Below, in pieces: positions 18,209 to 27,089 of a stretch of 52,656 bases of DNA. The translations under genes and the position numbers were made by a program. The stretch is from contig CAYMUQ010000001.1 in the NCBI GenBank assembly GCA_964393805.1, positions 1 through 52,656 of the forward strand, in the 5' to 3' direction. Below the pieces are notes generated by a model that searched no databases, was not told where the DNA came from, and saw only the letters and a list, made by a program, of their open reading frames with translations. The stretch comes from an uncultured Clostridia bacterium. GTDB taxonomy: Bacteria > Bacillota > Clostridia > Christensenellales > Borkfalkiaceae. The number at the start of each line of letters is the position of its first letter. Positions within the stretch are counted from its first letter, which is position 1.

Positions 18209-20016
18209 AAGTTTTCTTTGAGATACGCCTGTATTTTCGCGGCGAGAACGGGTCCTATTCCCTCGCACTCGGCAAGCTCGTTTAAACTGGCGGTCATAAT
18301 CTTTTCTATGTTCGAGAACTTCTTCATAAGTGCGATTTTTTTCTGCTTACCGACTCCGTCTATGCCGTCGAGAATACTCGACAAACTGTTTTTGGAGTGC
18401 AGGTTTCTAAAATAGGTTACCGCAAATCTGTGCGCCTCGTCGCGGATGCGCTGTACGAGTTGAAGAGAATAATCGCTTCTCGGAATTTTTATACTTTCGG
18501 AAGAGTTCAGAGTAAAAATTTCCTCTTCCTGCTTGGCAATGGATATGAGGTCTATGTCCTCGACTTTGAGTTCGTCGAATATGAGCTTTACCGAAGAGAG
18601 CTGTCCCTTGCCTCCGTCTATAACTATAAGGTCGGGCTTGGGGAACCTGTCCTCTTCCTCGGTGCCGAGCTTTGCAAGTCTTCTTGACAGCACTTCTTTA
18701 AGCGAAGCGAAGTCGTCCGCGCCCTCAACCGTCTTTATTCTGAAACGGCGGTAGGAATTCTTTTCCGCCTCGCCGTCTATAAACACAACCATCGAGCCGA
18801 CCTTGTCCACGCCCGAAACGTCGGAAATATCGTAACACTCCATACGCCTCGGATAGCGGCTGAGCCCCAGTTTTTCCTGCAATTTTTTGCAGGCGTTGAC
18901 GGTCATATCGTCCTTGTGCTTTATTCTGTCCACCGACTTTTCGAGGTAGTCCTCCGCATTGGCCTTCGCCATTTCCAGAAGGCGGGCTTTAATACCCTGC
19001 TTTGCAAGCGTGACAGTAACGTTTTTAAAGAGTTTCTCTTTAAAAAACTGCTCCAAAACTTCCTTCTCGCAATAGCTCTCCGCAATAATTTCGGGGGGCG
19101 GTTCGTGTACCGTGTAGTACTGCGTTATAAACGAAGTCAGAGCCTCGGCGTCGTCTCCGTGCGCGTCGTCTAACGCAAACGAAGTACCGCCCTGCATTAT
19201 GCCTTTTCGGGTTATTAAAAGGTTGACCGCCGAATACAGTCCGTTACCCGCATACGCAACGATATCAGCGTCTATCGGCTTGTTTATCGAAGTAATTCTC
19301 TTGGCTTCGAGCTTGGAGAGCATCGACAGTTTTTCTTTGTAATCGAGAGCCAGCTCGAACGCCTCGTTCTCCGCCGCGGCGAGCATCTTTTCAGTAAGAA
19401 TTTCTCTTGCGCCCGCATAGTTGCCTTCAAGGAAATTGAGTGCGTTTTTCACGCTCTCTGAATACTGCTCTTTCGTTACCTTATGAGCGCAGGGCGCGAG
19501 GCACTTGCCTATGTGATAGTTGAGGCACTCCCTCTTGGGTTTTACGCCTATCGCCGTCGTGCAAAGGCGAACCGAAAATAAAAGTTGACAGCACTCCAAA
19601 ACGTCGCGGTAGCTTATGCCGCCCATAAACGGACCGAAGTACTTGCAACCGTCCTTTCTTATCTTTCTCGTGACCGTAAAATTGGGAAACTCCTGCCGCA
19701 TATCGACTTTGATATACGGATAAGTTTTATCGTCCTTTAAAAGTATATTGTACTTGGGCTTGTACTTCTTAATAAGATTGTTTTCAAGCGCAAGCGCGTC
19801 TATCTCGGTAGCGGTTATAATATAGTTGAAATCGGCGACGTTAGTCACCATTTTCATAACCTTTTCGGGCTTCGGCGAATTATGGAAATACTGGCGCACC
19901 CTGTTTTTGAGTACGCGCGCTTTGCCGACGTAAATTACGTTGCCGTACTTATCGAGCATTATATATACGCCCGGACTGTCGGGCAGAAGTTTGAGTTTTT
20001 CTCTTATTACGTCCAT
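18205..20016 (-). CDS. uvrC: Excinuclease ABC subunit C
   Basis: GIY-YIG N-terminus (LPDSPGVYIM...GNVIYVGKARVLKNRV) aligns from residue 1 of Bacillus UvrC. C-terminal endonuclease and HhH region. The start is re-set to ATG 20016. The 35-aa ORF-track extension runs through the promoter and terminator. Confidence 0.95.
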   Translation of the reverse strand: MDVIREKLKLLPDSPGVYIMLDKYGNVIYVGKARVLKNRVRQYFHNSPKPEKVMKMVTNVADFNYIITATEIDALALENNLIKKYKPKYNILLKDDKTYPYIKVDMRQEFPNFTVTRKIRKDGCKYFGPFMGGISYRDVLECCQLLFSVRLCTTAIGVKPKRECLNYHIGKCLAPCAHKVTKEQYSESVKNALNFLEGNYAGAREILTEKMLAAAENEAFELALDYKEKLSMLSKLEAKRITSINKPIDADIVAYAGNGLYSAVNLLITRKGIMQGGTSFALDDAHGDDAEALTSFITQYYTVHEPPPEIIAESYCEKEVLEQFFKEKLFKNVTVTLAKQGIKARLLEMAKANAEDYLEKSVDRIKHKDDMTVNACKKLQEKLGLSRYPRRMECYDISDVSGVDKVGSMVVFIDGEAEKNSYRRFRIKTVEGADDFASLKEVLSRRLAKLGTEEEDRFPKPDLIVIDGGKGQLSSVKLIFDELKVEDIDLISIAKQEEEIFTLNSSESIKIPRSDYSLQLVQRIRDEAHRFAVTYFRNLHSKNSLSSILDGIDGVGKQKKIALMKKFSNIEKIMTASLNELAECEGIGPVLAAKIQAYLKENL

Positions 20017-20032
20017 AAAGCTATATGGTATT

Positions 20033-20061
20033 ATTATAACACCCTGCGCATAATTTTGCAA
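20033..20061 (-). promoter_or_regulatory. Sigma-A-type promoter for uvrC (TTGCAA-17-TGtTATAAT)
   Basis: -35 TTGCAA at 20061-20056, a 17-nt spacer, and extended -10 TGTTATAAT (TATAAT at 20038-20033). The predicted TSS is about 10 nt before the ATG, with no SD in between. Confidence 0.6.
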
Positions 20062-20080
20062 CGGCGGACGGCAAAATAGT

Positions 20081-20118
20081 AAAAAAATCCCCGACGACCG
20101 TCTTACGGTTGTCGGGGA
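20081..20118 (-). terminator. Rho-independent terminator after the zinc-ribbon membrane protein gene
   Basis: Minus strand reads TCCCCGACAACCG-TAAGA-CGGTCGTCGGGGA (13-bp stem, 1 mismatch) followed by TTTTTTT. Confidence 0.8.
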
Positions 20119-20145
20119 CAACTTTTCGTCTTAAAACTTAACTCT

Positions 20146-20550
20146 CTAAAAAGCTGAAAAAAGCGCAAGAAAACCAAGCAGGCTGGCAATTAAGCCTATG
20201 TAAAATACGCATATTGCTATCGCGGATAAAACAACAATCCCGATTATTACCGATGAGATTATTATACCTGCCAAAGCTAATTTCGCGGACTTTACACTGC
20301 CCGTTTTTTTCTTCGCTTCGTGGAATGCAACTATGCTGAGCACAAGCCCCGCGATAGAATTTAAAAAAGCAAATACGAAGCCGAGTATGCTCAAAACGGA
20401 GCATTTATCGGCCGCCGAATTGACGGGCGGAACGTTTTGCCTTTGATTTGTGTTTGCCCTATTGTTTTCATATTGCACGCTACAACCGCAGGCGGGGCAG
20501 ATTATGGCGTCGTCCAGACACTCCTTTCCGCAATGAACACAAAATTTCAC
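20146..20550 (-). CDS. Zinc-ribbon domain membrane protein (DUF4190-like C-terminus)
   Basis: 134 aa. N-terminal CxxC...CxxC zinc ribbon (FCVHCGKEC...ICPACGC). Two or three C-terminal TM helices. GTG start with GGAGG 7 nt upstream. Confidence 0.6.
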   Translation of the reverse strand: MKFCVHCGKECLDDAIICPACGCSVQYENNRANTNQRQNVPPVNSAADKCSVLSILGFVFAFLNSIAGLVLSIVAFHEAKKKTGSVKSAKLALAGIIISSVIIGIVVLSAIAICVFYIGLIASLLGFLALFSAF

Positions 20551-20577
20551 CGTTAGACCTCCGGAATATTTATTCGT

Positions 20578-22005
20578 TTAATACGCTCTCGCAAAATAAA
20601 CCGAGTGCTTTGCGGGCTTACCGCACACCGCGCAGATTTCGTGTTGAAGCTCCTCGCAGATAACTCTTGCCGAAGCGGCGGTTTTTTCTTTGATTTTGTC
20701 CTCGCATTCGCGGCAACCGCACCAGCCTGCCTTGACGAAATTTCCGCCCTCGACACCGCTTAATATGCCGTCTAAGTCGTTTGCGTTTACTATTCTCTCG
20801 TCGCGGCGCGCTCTTGCGCTTTCAAGCATATCTCGCTGTACGGTAGTAAGAAGCGAAATCACGCCGTCAATCGCGCCGTCTAACGCGCACTCACTCTTTT
20901 CAAGAGTGTCGCGTCTGAACAGCATTATTTTTCCCGCCTCCAAATCGCGGGGACCTACCTCTATTCTTACGGGAACTCCGCGCATCTCCCACTCGTTGAA
21001 TTTCCAACCCGTGGAGTTGTCGCTCTCGTCGATTATGACGCGCACGCCCGCCTTTTCGAGTTTGTCTTTCAAATCGCGGCAAGCCTCGGTAACGCCGCCC
21101 TTTTTCGCGGCTATGGGAATTATTACAGCCTGATAGGGAGCAACCTTGGGAGGAAGCACGAGCCCCCTCGCGTCGCCGTGAGCCATTATTACCGCGCCTA
21201 TCATACGGGTCGAGGTGCCCCAGCTCGTAGTGTAGGCGTATTTCTGGACGCCGTCTTTATCCAAAAACTTTATGTCGAACGCCTTTGAAAAGTTCTGTCC
21301 GAGGTAATGCGACGTTCCCGACTGAAGCGACTTTCCGTCCTTCATCATCGCCTCCATACCGAAGGTTGCAACGGCGCCCGCGAACTTTTCCTTTTCGGTC
21401 TTTCTGCCGCATATTACGGGTATGGCGAGAACGTTTTCGGCAAACTCTTTATAGACCGCCAGCATTTTCATCGTCTCTTCCATAGCCTCTTCTTCGCTTG
21501 CGTGGCAGGTATGACCCTCCTGCCATAAAAATTCAGAGGTTCTCAAAAAAGGACGTGTGGTCTTTTCCCATCTCATAACGTTTGCCCACTGATTGATTAA
21601 AATTGGCAAATCGCGGTAAGATTGGAGCCACTTCGAGTACATATTGCCGATTATCGTCTCCGAGGTGGGGCGGATTGCAAGAGGTTCGGCAAGTTCCTCG
21701 CCGCCTGCGTGCGTTACCACCGCGACTTCGGGCGCAAACCCTTCGACGTGCTCCGCCTCCTTGGTGAAAAAGCTCATAGGTATGAGCATAGGGAAATACG
21801 CGTTGCTGTGACCCGTCGCCTTGAACCTTGCGTCCATTTCGTGCTGTATGTTCTCCCATACGGCATAGCCGTAAGGGCGAATGACCATCGTTCCCTTTAC
21901 GGGTCCGTAGTCTACGAGCTGGGTCTTTTTTACCACGTCGGTGTACCACTGCGCGAAATCGGTTTCGATGTCGGCTATATTTTCAACGAAATTGTCCTTT
22001 GCCAT
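20578..22005 (-). CDS. proS: Proline--tRNA ligase (archaeal/eukaryote-like short type)
   Basis: 475 aa from ATG 22005 (MAKDNFVENI..., RBS AAAGGA). Class II aaRS core. C-terminal Cys-rich zinc domain ending in the conserved terminal Tyr (...VYFARAY). The ORF-track start at 22053 has no RBS. Confidence 0.95.
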   Translation of the reverse strand: MAKDNFVENIADIETDFAQWYTDVVKKTQLVDYGPVKGTMVIRPYGYAVWENIQHEMDARFKATGHSNAYFPMLIPMSFFTKEAEHVEGFAPEVAVVTHAGGEELAEPLAIRPTSETIIGNMYSKWLQSYRDLPILINQWANVMRWEKTTRPFLRTSEFLWQEGHTCHASEEEAMEETMKMLAVYKEFAENVLAIPVICGRKTEKEKFAGAVATFGMEAMMKDGKSLQSGTSHYLGQNFSKAFDIKFLDKDGVQKYAYTTSWGTSTRMIGAVIMAHGDARGLVLPPKVAPYQAVIIPIAAKKGGVTEACRDLKDKLEKAGVRVIIDESDNSTGWKFNEWEMRGVPVRIEVGPRDLEAGKIMLFRRDTLEKSECALDGAIDGVISLLTTVQRDMLESARARRDERIVNANDLDGILSGVEGGNFVKAGWCGCRECEDKIKEKTAASARVICEELQHEICAVCGKPAKHSVYFARAY

Positions 22006-22055
22006 AAATAATCCTTTCCGCGGCGTAAAAGCCGCTAAACGTTTATTTAACAAAA

Positions 22056-22107
22056 ATTATATCATAACGCTTTTCAAAAATAAAGTATTTAACGGCACAT
22101 TATACCA
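22056..22107 (-). promoter_or_regulatory. Two candidate extended -10 promoters upstream of proS
   Basis: Minus strand has TGATATAAT (22064-22056) and TGGTATAAT (22107-22099). The -35 elements are weak. The leader is at most ~90 nt and has no T-box-like specifier or terminator architecture. Confidence 0.35.
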
Positions 22108-22150
22108 AAATTATGGCTCGTAAAATTTTAAAGCGATTGCGTGTAAATAC

Positions 22151-22179
22151 TTGTAATTAAAAATTACTTATTGTATAAT
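22151..22179 (+). promoter_or_regulatory. Sigma-A-type promoter (TTGTAA-17-TATAAT) giving an essentially leaderless phosphohexomutase mRNA
   Basis: -35 TTGTAA at 22151-22156, a 17-nt spacer, and -10 TATAAT at 22174-22179. The ATG at 22189 is 10 nt after the -10, with no SD. Confidence 0.55.
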
Positions 22180-22188
22180 GTTGTTACT

Positions 22189-23709
22189 ATGAAGACTAAA
22201 TCTTATTCGGCTCTTAAAAGCGGCAGCGATATTCGCGGCGTTGCAATCCAGACGGCAGATACGGACATCACTTTGACCATCGAAGCGGTGTACGACATTT
22301 CGGGGGCGTTTTTTAAATGGCTTTCGGAAAAATGCGGCAAGCAGGAACTTACCGTTGCGGTAGGTTACGACGTCCGCCTTTCGTGTCCCGCGATTTTACA
22401 GGCTATCCAGCAGACGGCAATTTCCTGCGGTTGCAAGATAATCAACTGCGGAATGTCCACCACTCCTTCGATGTTCCTTCTCTTAAAAGAAGAGGGTTGG
22501 AACTGCGACGCTTCGATTATGATTACGGCTTCGCATCTTCCCTACGAGAGAAACGGACTTAAATTCTTTACTCCCGAAGGCGGACTTGAAGGCTCGGACA
22601 TAACCGAAATACTTCAGATGGCGGAGAAGAGCCAAAAGCTTCCCGCCGCAAGCGGAAGCAGCGAGGACCGTCCTTTTATGGACGAGTATATAAGAAAACT
22701 CGTAACTCTTGTAAGAAGCGCTACGGGTAAGACGGCGCCCCTCTTCGGTAAGCGCATAATAGTCGACGCAAGCAACGGCGTCGGCGGCTTCTTCGCAAAG
22801 AGAGTTTTACAGCAACTCGGCGCAATAACCGACGGCAGTATTAATTTAGAGCCCGACGGCAATTTCCCCGCCCACGCTCCCAATCCCGAAAATCCCGAAG
22901 CTATACGCGCTCTCTCGGAAGTCGTACTCGCTTCGCGCGCCGACCTCGGCATAATCTTCGACACCGACGTTGACAGAGCGGCTTTGGTCGACGGTAACGG
23001 CAGACCTATCAACAGAGACAGTCTCATTGCCCTTACCGCCACTACCATTCTTTCGGAGAAACAGGCAACCATCGTCACCGACAGCGTAACCTGCGACGGT
23101 CTTACCGATTTTATCGAGAGCTACGGCGGCAAGCACGTTCGCTTTAAGCGCGGATACAAGAACGTAATTAACGAAGCTAAACGCAGAAACGCGGAGGGCG
23201 AATACTGTCCCCTCGCCATAGAGACGAGCGGTCACGCCGCTTTCCTCGATAACTATTTCCTTGACGACGGCGCGTATCTCGTATGCAAGCTTTTAGTCGC
23301 ATACGCGGCGCAGTCGCAAAAGCGCGAAAAGCTTTCCGACCTTATTTCGACTTTAAATCTTCCCGTCGAGGAGAACGAAGTACGCGTAAGCTTCAACGAA
23401 AATTCGGTCAATTTCAGACTTGAAGGACAGCGTGTTATGACAGAGCTTAAACACTTTGCCCAATTCGATAAAAACGTCTGGGTTTCGCAGAACTGCTACG
23501 AGGGCGTAAGACTTAATTACGCTAACGGCTACGGCGACGGCTGGACGCTTGTAAGACTGAGCGTTCACGACCCCGTGCTCCCCATTAATTTTGCAAGCAA
23601 CGCAGAAGGCGGAAACCTGAAAATGGCGAAGGATTTATTCTATATACTCGACAAGTACCCCTTCCTCGACGTTACCAATCTCAGAAATTTCATAAGAAGG
23701 AAAAGTTAA
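22189..23709 (+). CDS. Alpha-D-phosphohexomutase family protein (phosphomannomutase/phosphoglucomutase-like)
   Basis: Active-site Ser loop ITASHLPYERNG. Mg loop FDTDVDRAALVD. Sugar-binding ETSGHAAF. The start is set to ATG 22189 (MKTKSYSALKSGSDIRG), because the ORF-track TTG at 22171 lies inside the -10 box. Confidence 0.8.
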   Translation: MKTKSYSALKSGSDIRGVAIQTADTDITLTIEAVYDISGAFFKWLSEKCGKQELTVAVGYDVRLSCPAILQAIQQTAISCGCKIINCGMSTTPSMFLLLKEEGWNCDASIMITASHLPYERNGLKFFTPEGGLEGSDITEILQMAEKSQKLPAASGSSEDRPFMDEYIRKLVTLVRSATGKTAPLFGKRIIVDASNGVGGFFAKRVLQQLGAITDGSINLEPDGNFPAHAPNPENPEAIRALSEVVLASRADLGIIFDTDVDRAALVDGNGRPINRDSLIALTATTILSEKQATIVTDSVTCDGLTDFIESYGGKHVRFKRGYKNVINEAKRRNAEGEYCPLAIETSGHAAFLDNYFLDDGAYLVCKLLVAYAAQSQKREKLSDLISTLNLPVEENEVRVSFNENSVNFRLEGQRVMTELKHFAQFDKNVWVSQNCYEGVRLNYANGYGDGWTLVRLSVHDPVLPINFASNAEGGNLKMAKDLFYILDKYPFLDVTNLRNFIRRKS

Positions 23710-23767
23710 GGCGGAAAAGCCCGTACTTTCCCGAATAAATCATACTTAAAATAAAAGGAGAAAAATT

Positions 23768-25759
23768 ATGTCAGTTCAGCAGAAAAGCGTTGACACGATC
23801 AGAGTACTCTCGGCAGAAGCCATAGAGAAAGCAAAGTCCGGTCACCCCGGGATATGTCTCGGCGCGGCGCCCATCGGTTATGAGTTGTTCGCAGACTTCC
23901 TCTCGTTCAGCTATAAAAATCCCAAGTGGGATAACCGCGACAGGTTTATTCTTTCGGCGGGACACGGCTCGATGCTCTTATACTCCCTCCTGCACCTTTT
24001 CGGTTACAATATCAGCAAAGACGATATAGAGAGCTTCCGTCAGCTCGGTTCTATCACCCCCGGTCACCCCGAATACGGCAAGACCGACGGCGTCGAAACC
24101 TCGACGGGTCCCCTCGGTCAGGGACTTGCAAACGCGGTAGGCTTTGCGGTTGCCGAGGAACACCTCGCCGCTCTTTTCAACAGACCCGGCTATCCCGTCG
24201 TTGACCACTTTACATACGTATTAACAGGTGACGGTTGCCTCGAAGAGGGTATCGGCTACGAAGCTTGCTCGTTTGCTGGCAACCAGAAACTCGGTAAACT
24301 CATCCTTCTCTACGATAACAACGACGTCACCATAGAAGGCGATATGAAGACGACCTTCTCCGAGGACGCCGCAACGCGCTTTATGGCGCAGGGCTGGCAG
24401 GTTATCCGCGTAAACGACGCCAATAATTTAAACGCTTTAAAGACGGCGATAGAGCGCGCGAAGAGCGACCTTACGAGACCCTCCGTAATTATTTGCAAGA
24501 CTACGATAGGTTACGGCTCTCCCCTTGCGGGAAGCGCGGACTGTCACGGCGCGCCTCTCGGTGAGCAGAACGTCGCTAAACTTAAAGAGAACCTCGGCTG
24601 GACCCAGCCTGTTTTCGAGGCTCCCGAGGACGTAAAGGAACACTGCCTTGCAATCGCGGAAGAGAGAAGCAACAACGAAGAGCGCTGGAAGGCAATGTTC
24701 TCAAGATACGAACAGGCTTATCCCCTGCTCGCGGCTCAGTACAAGCAGTTTATGTTAGGCGAACCCGACTTCCAGTCCATTCCCAACCTCTACGATTTCA
24801 ACACCCCCGAAGCTACGAGAAGCTGCGGCGGTAAAATACTTAATGCAATCGCTAAGAATATGCCCAACGTCATGAGCGGCTCCGCCGACCTCGCTCCTTC
24901 CACCAAGACGGAGATTAAGGGCAGTAACTATTTCTCGCCCGAACACAGAGAAGGTTGCAACATTCATTTCGGCATACGCGAGCACGCGATGAGCGCAATC
25001 TGCAACGGTATTCAGCTCCACGGCGGACTTAAAGCGGTATGCTCGACGTTCTTCTCGTTCGCGGATTATATGAAGCCCGGTATGAGAATGAGCGGACTTA
25101 TGAAGTTGCCCGTCGTGTACGTTATGACGCACGACTCTATCGGCGTAGGCGAGGACGGTCCCACCCACCAGCCTATGGAACAGCTTATTATGGTACGTTC
25201 CATACCCAACGTAAACGTATTCCGTCCCTGCGACGGCAAGGAGACCGCCGCGGCGTTCGTTTCGGCGTTCACCTCTCATAACCCCACGGTAATAGTCGAA
25301 ACCAGACAGAACCTTCCCGCTTACGAAAATTCGGGTAAGGACGCGTTAAAGGGCGGATATATCCTCTCCGATTGCTTCGGCGACCCCGACGTGCTTTTAA
25401 TCGGTACGGGTTCGGAAATCGAATGTTGTATGGGCGCGCAGAAGATACTTGCGGACGAGGGCATAAAGGCGAGAGTTGTTTCCCTCCCCTGTATGGAAAT
25501 TTTCGAAAAGCAGAGCGAAGAATACAAGGACAGCGTTATTCCCAAGTCGGTCAAGGCACGCGTTTGCGTCGAGGCGGCAAGCCACTACGCCTGGTACAAG
25601 TACTGCCGCGACTACGGCGAGCTCGTTACGATGACGGGCTTCGGCGTGTCCGGTCCCGCTAAACAGCTTTTCGCTTACTTCGGCTTTACCGCAGAGGACG
25701 TTGCAAGAAAAGCAAGAACCTCTATGGAAAACGTAAAGCAAAATAGATACAGTCATTAA
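23768..25759 (+). CDS. tkt: Transketolase
   Basis: 663 aa. ThDP-binding motifs (SGHPG, GDGCLEEG...NN). C-terminal transketolase domain. RBS AAAGGAGAA. Confidence 0.95.
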   Translation: MSVQQKSVDTIRVLSAEAIEKAKSGHPGICLGAAPIGYELFADFLSFSYKNPKWDNRDRFILSAGHGSMLLYSLLHLFGYNISKDDIESFRQLGSITPGHPEYGKTDGVETSTGPLGQGLANAVGFAVAEEHLAALFNRPGYPVVDHFTYVLTGDGCLEEGIGYEACSFAGNQKLGKLILLYDNNDVTIEGDMKTTFSEDAATRFMAQGWQVIRVNDANNLNALKTAIERAKSDLTRPSVIICKTTIGYGSPLAGSADCHGAPLGEQNVAKLKENLGWTQPVFEAPEDVKEHCLAIAEERSNNEERWKAMFSRYEQAYPLLAAQYKQFMLGEPDFQSIPNLYDFNTPEATRSCGGKILNAIAKNMPNVMSGSADLAPSTKTEIKGSNYFSPEHREGCNIHFGIREHAMSAICNGIQLHGGLKAVCSTFFSFADYMKPGMRMSGLMKLPVVYVMTHDSIGVGEDGPTHQPMEQLIMVRSIPNVNVFRPCDGKETAAAFVSAFTSHNPTVIVETRQNLPAYENSGKDALKGGYILSDCFGDPDVLLIGTGSEIECCMGAQKILADEGIKARVVSLPCMEIFEKQSEEYKDSVIPKSVKARVCVEAASHYAWYKYCRDYGELVTMTGFGVSGPAKQLFAYFGFTAEDVARKARTSMENVKQNRYSH

Positions 25760-25778
25760 TTACACATAACAAAAAGAA

Positions 25779-25808
25779 AAGCCGCGCGGCAATCTTGCCG
25801 CGCGGCTT
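25779..25808. terminator. Bidirectional terminator between convergent tkt and the HgdB-like gene
   Basis: AAGCCGCGCGGCAA/TTGCCGCGCGGCTT, a 12-14 bp GC-rich stem. The T-run TTTTCTTTTT is strong on the minus strand, and the T-rich tail on plus is weaker. Confidence 0.8.
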
Positions 25809-25823
25809 TAATCATTCATTATT

Positions 25824-27086
25824 TTACTTTTTTAAATTTTCCCTTGCCGTTGCAAGCATAAGCTTTATACGGTTTTCCTGGTTTACCTTGGTTGCGGACG
25901 GGTCGTAGTCCACCGCCACCACGTTCTCGTCGGCGTAGAAGCCTTTAAGCGTTCTTATGACGCCCTTACCCGCTACGTGGTTGGGAAGACACCCAAAAGG
26001 CTGTGCGCAGACGATATTCGGTACTCCCGTTTCCGCAAGAGCCGCCATCTCCGCGCCTATCAGCCAGCCTTCGCCCATCTTTACGCCCTGGTTGAGAACC
26101 TTGTCGCCGCATTTCCTTAAATGCTCGAAGCCGTGAATAGGCTCGAACGAGCCCTCCTCTTCAAACAGCTTTCTAATCGCGTTCTGCTTCTTTAAAAGCA
26201 TTTTATAGATTACCTTATTACCGAACCAAAAAACGCCCTTTCTGTTATAGAAATAGCCGTCGTTTACGTTGTTTACTATACAGTACAGCACGAAGTCCAT
26301 AAGGGCGGGAACTACGGGTTCGCAGTCCTCGGATAAGAGAAATTTTTCAAGGTCGTTGTTTCCGAGGTATGCGTACTTGACGTAAATTTCGCCGACTATA
26401 CCCACCTTAACCTTGTCCTCTTTGCGGCGCTCTATCGAAGCAAACGCCGAAATTATATCTTTATTTATGCGCTTGAATTTCTTATATTTTCCCGACTTGA
26501 AGGTTTCCGCTATCGAGTTTATAAGCTCGTCGCGCACCCTGTCGGTTATGCCCTTTTCCTTTTCGTACGGCTTGGTCTGATTGTAACACCACATTATTGT
26601 ATCGCCGTAGAAAATAGCGTAGACGATTTTTAATACGCCGCTTACGCCTATATGTATAGACGAATCCTTTTCAAGTCCGTTGAAATTAAAGGATATGACG
26701 GGTACTTTTGGAAATTCAGCCTTTAAAGCTCTGCGGATAAGCGGAACGTAGTTTGACGCTCTGCAACCGCCTCCCGACTGGGTTATGAGAACGGCGGTAT
26801 GCTCCAAATCGTACTTTCCCGACTTTAAGGCATCGATGTACTGTCCCGTCACGCACAGACAGGGATAACACGTGTCGTTGTGAACGTGCTTCAAACCCTC
26901 GTCTATGACCGCGCGGGAGGAATTTTTGAGTATCTCGACGTCGTACCCTTCCTGCCTCAATATGCGCTCTATAAGCATAAAGTGCCACGGGAGCATATCT
27001 GGGATGAGTATCTTGTGCGTCTTTTTATACTCGTCTTTCCATTTGGGATAGTTTTCGGTGTAGTCTACCGTCTTTCTCTCTTCCAT
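25824..27086 (-). CDS. 2-hydroxyacyl-CoA dehydratase (HgdB/D-component)-like protein, substrate unknown
   Basis: 420 aa. Conserved Cys clusters DTCYPCLC, GGGCRASNY and CAQPFGCLPNH. The start lies 3 nt after the activase stop. Confidence 0.6.
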   Translation of the reverse strand: MEERKTVDYTENYPKWKDEYKKTHKILIPDMLPWHFMLIERILRQEGYDVEILKNSSRAVIDEGLKHVHNDTCYPCLCVTGQYIDALKSGKYDLEHTAVLITQSGGGCRASNYVPLIRRALKAEFPKVPVISFNFNGLEKDSSIHIGVSGVLKIVYAIFYGDTIMWCYNQTKPYEKEKGITDRVRDELINSIAETFKSGKYKKFKRINKDIISAFASIERRKEDKVKVGIVGEIYVKYAYLGNNDLEKFLLSEDCEPVVPALMDFVLYCIVNNVNDGYFYNRKGVFWFGNKVIYKMLLKKQNAIRKLFEEEGSFEPIHGFEHLRKCGDKVLNQGVKMGEGWLIGAEMAALAETGVPNIVCAQPFGCLPNHVAGKGVIRTLKGFYADENVVAVDYDPSATKVNQENRIKLMLATARENLKK

Positions 27087-27089
27087 AGT

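Noticed and set aside
22006-22170. Possible T-box riboswitch upstream of proS.
   Set aside because: The whole divergent intergenic region is only ~165 nt and is occupied by promoters for both directions. The proS leader is at most ~90 nt. It has no specifier-loop/T-box consensus and no terminator/antiterminator pair, only a weak 5-bp hairpin (GCGGC/GCCGC) without a T-run.
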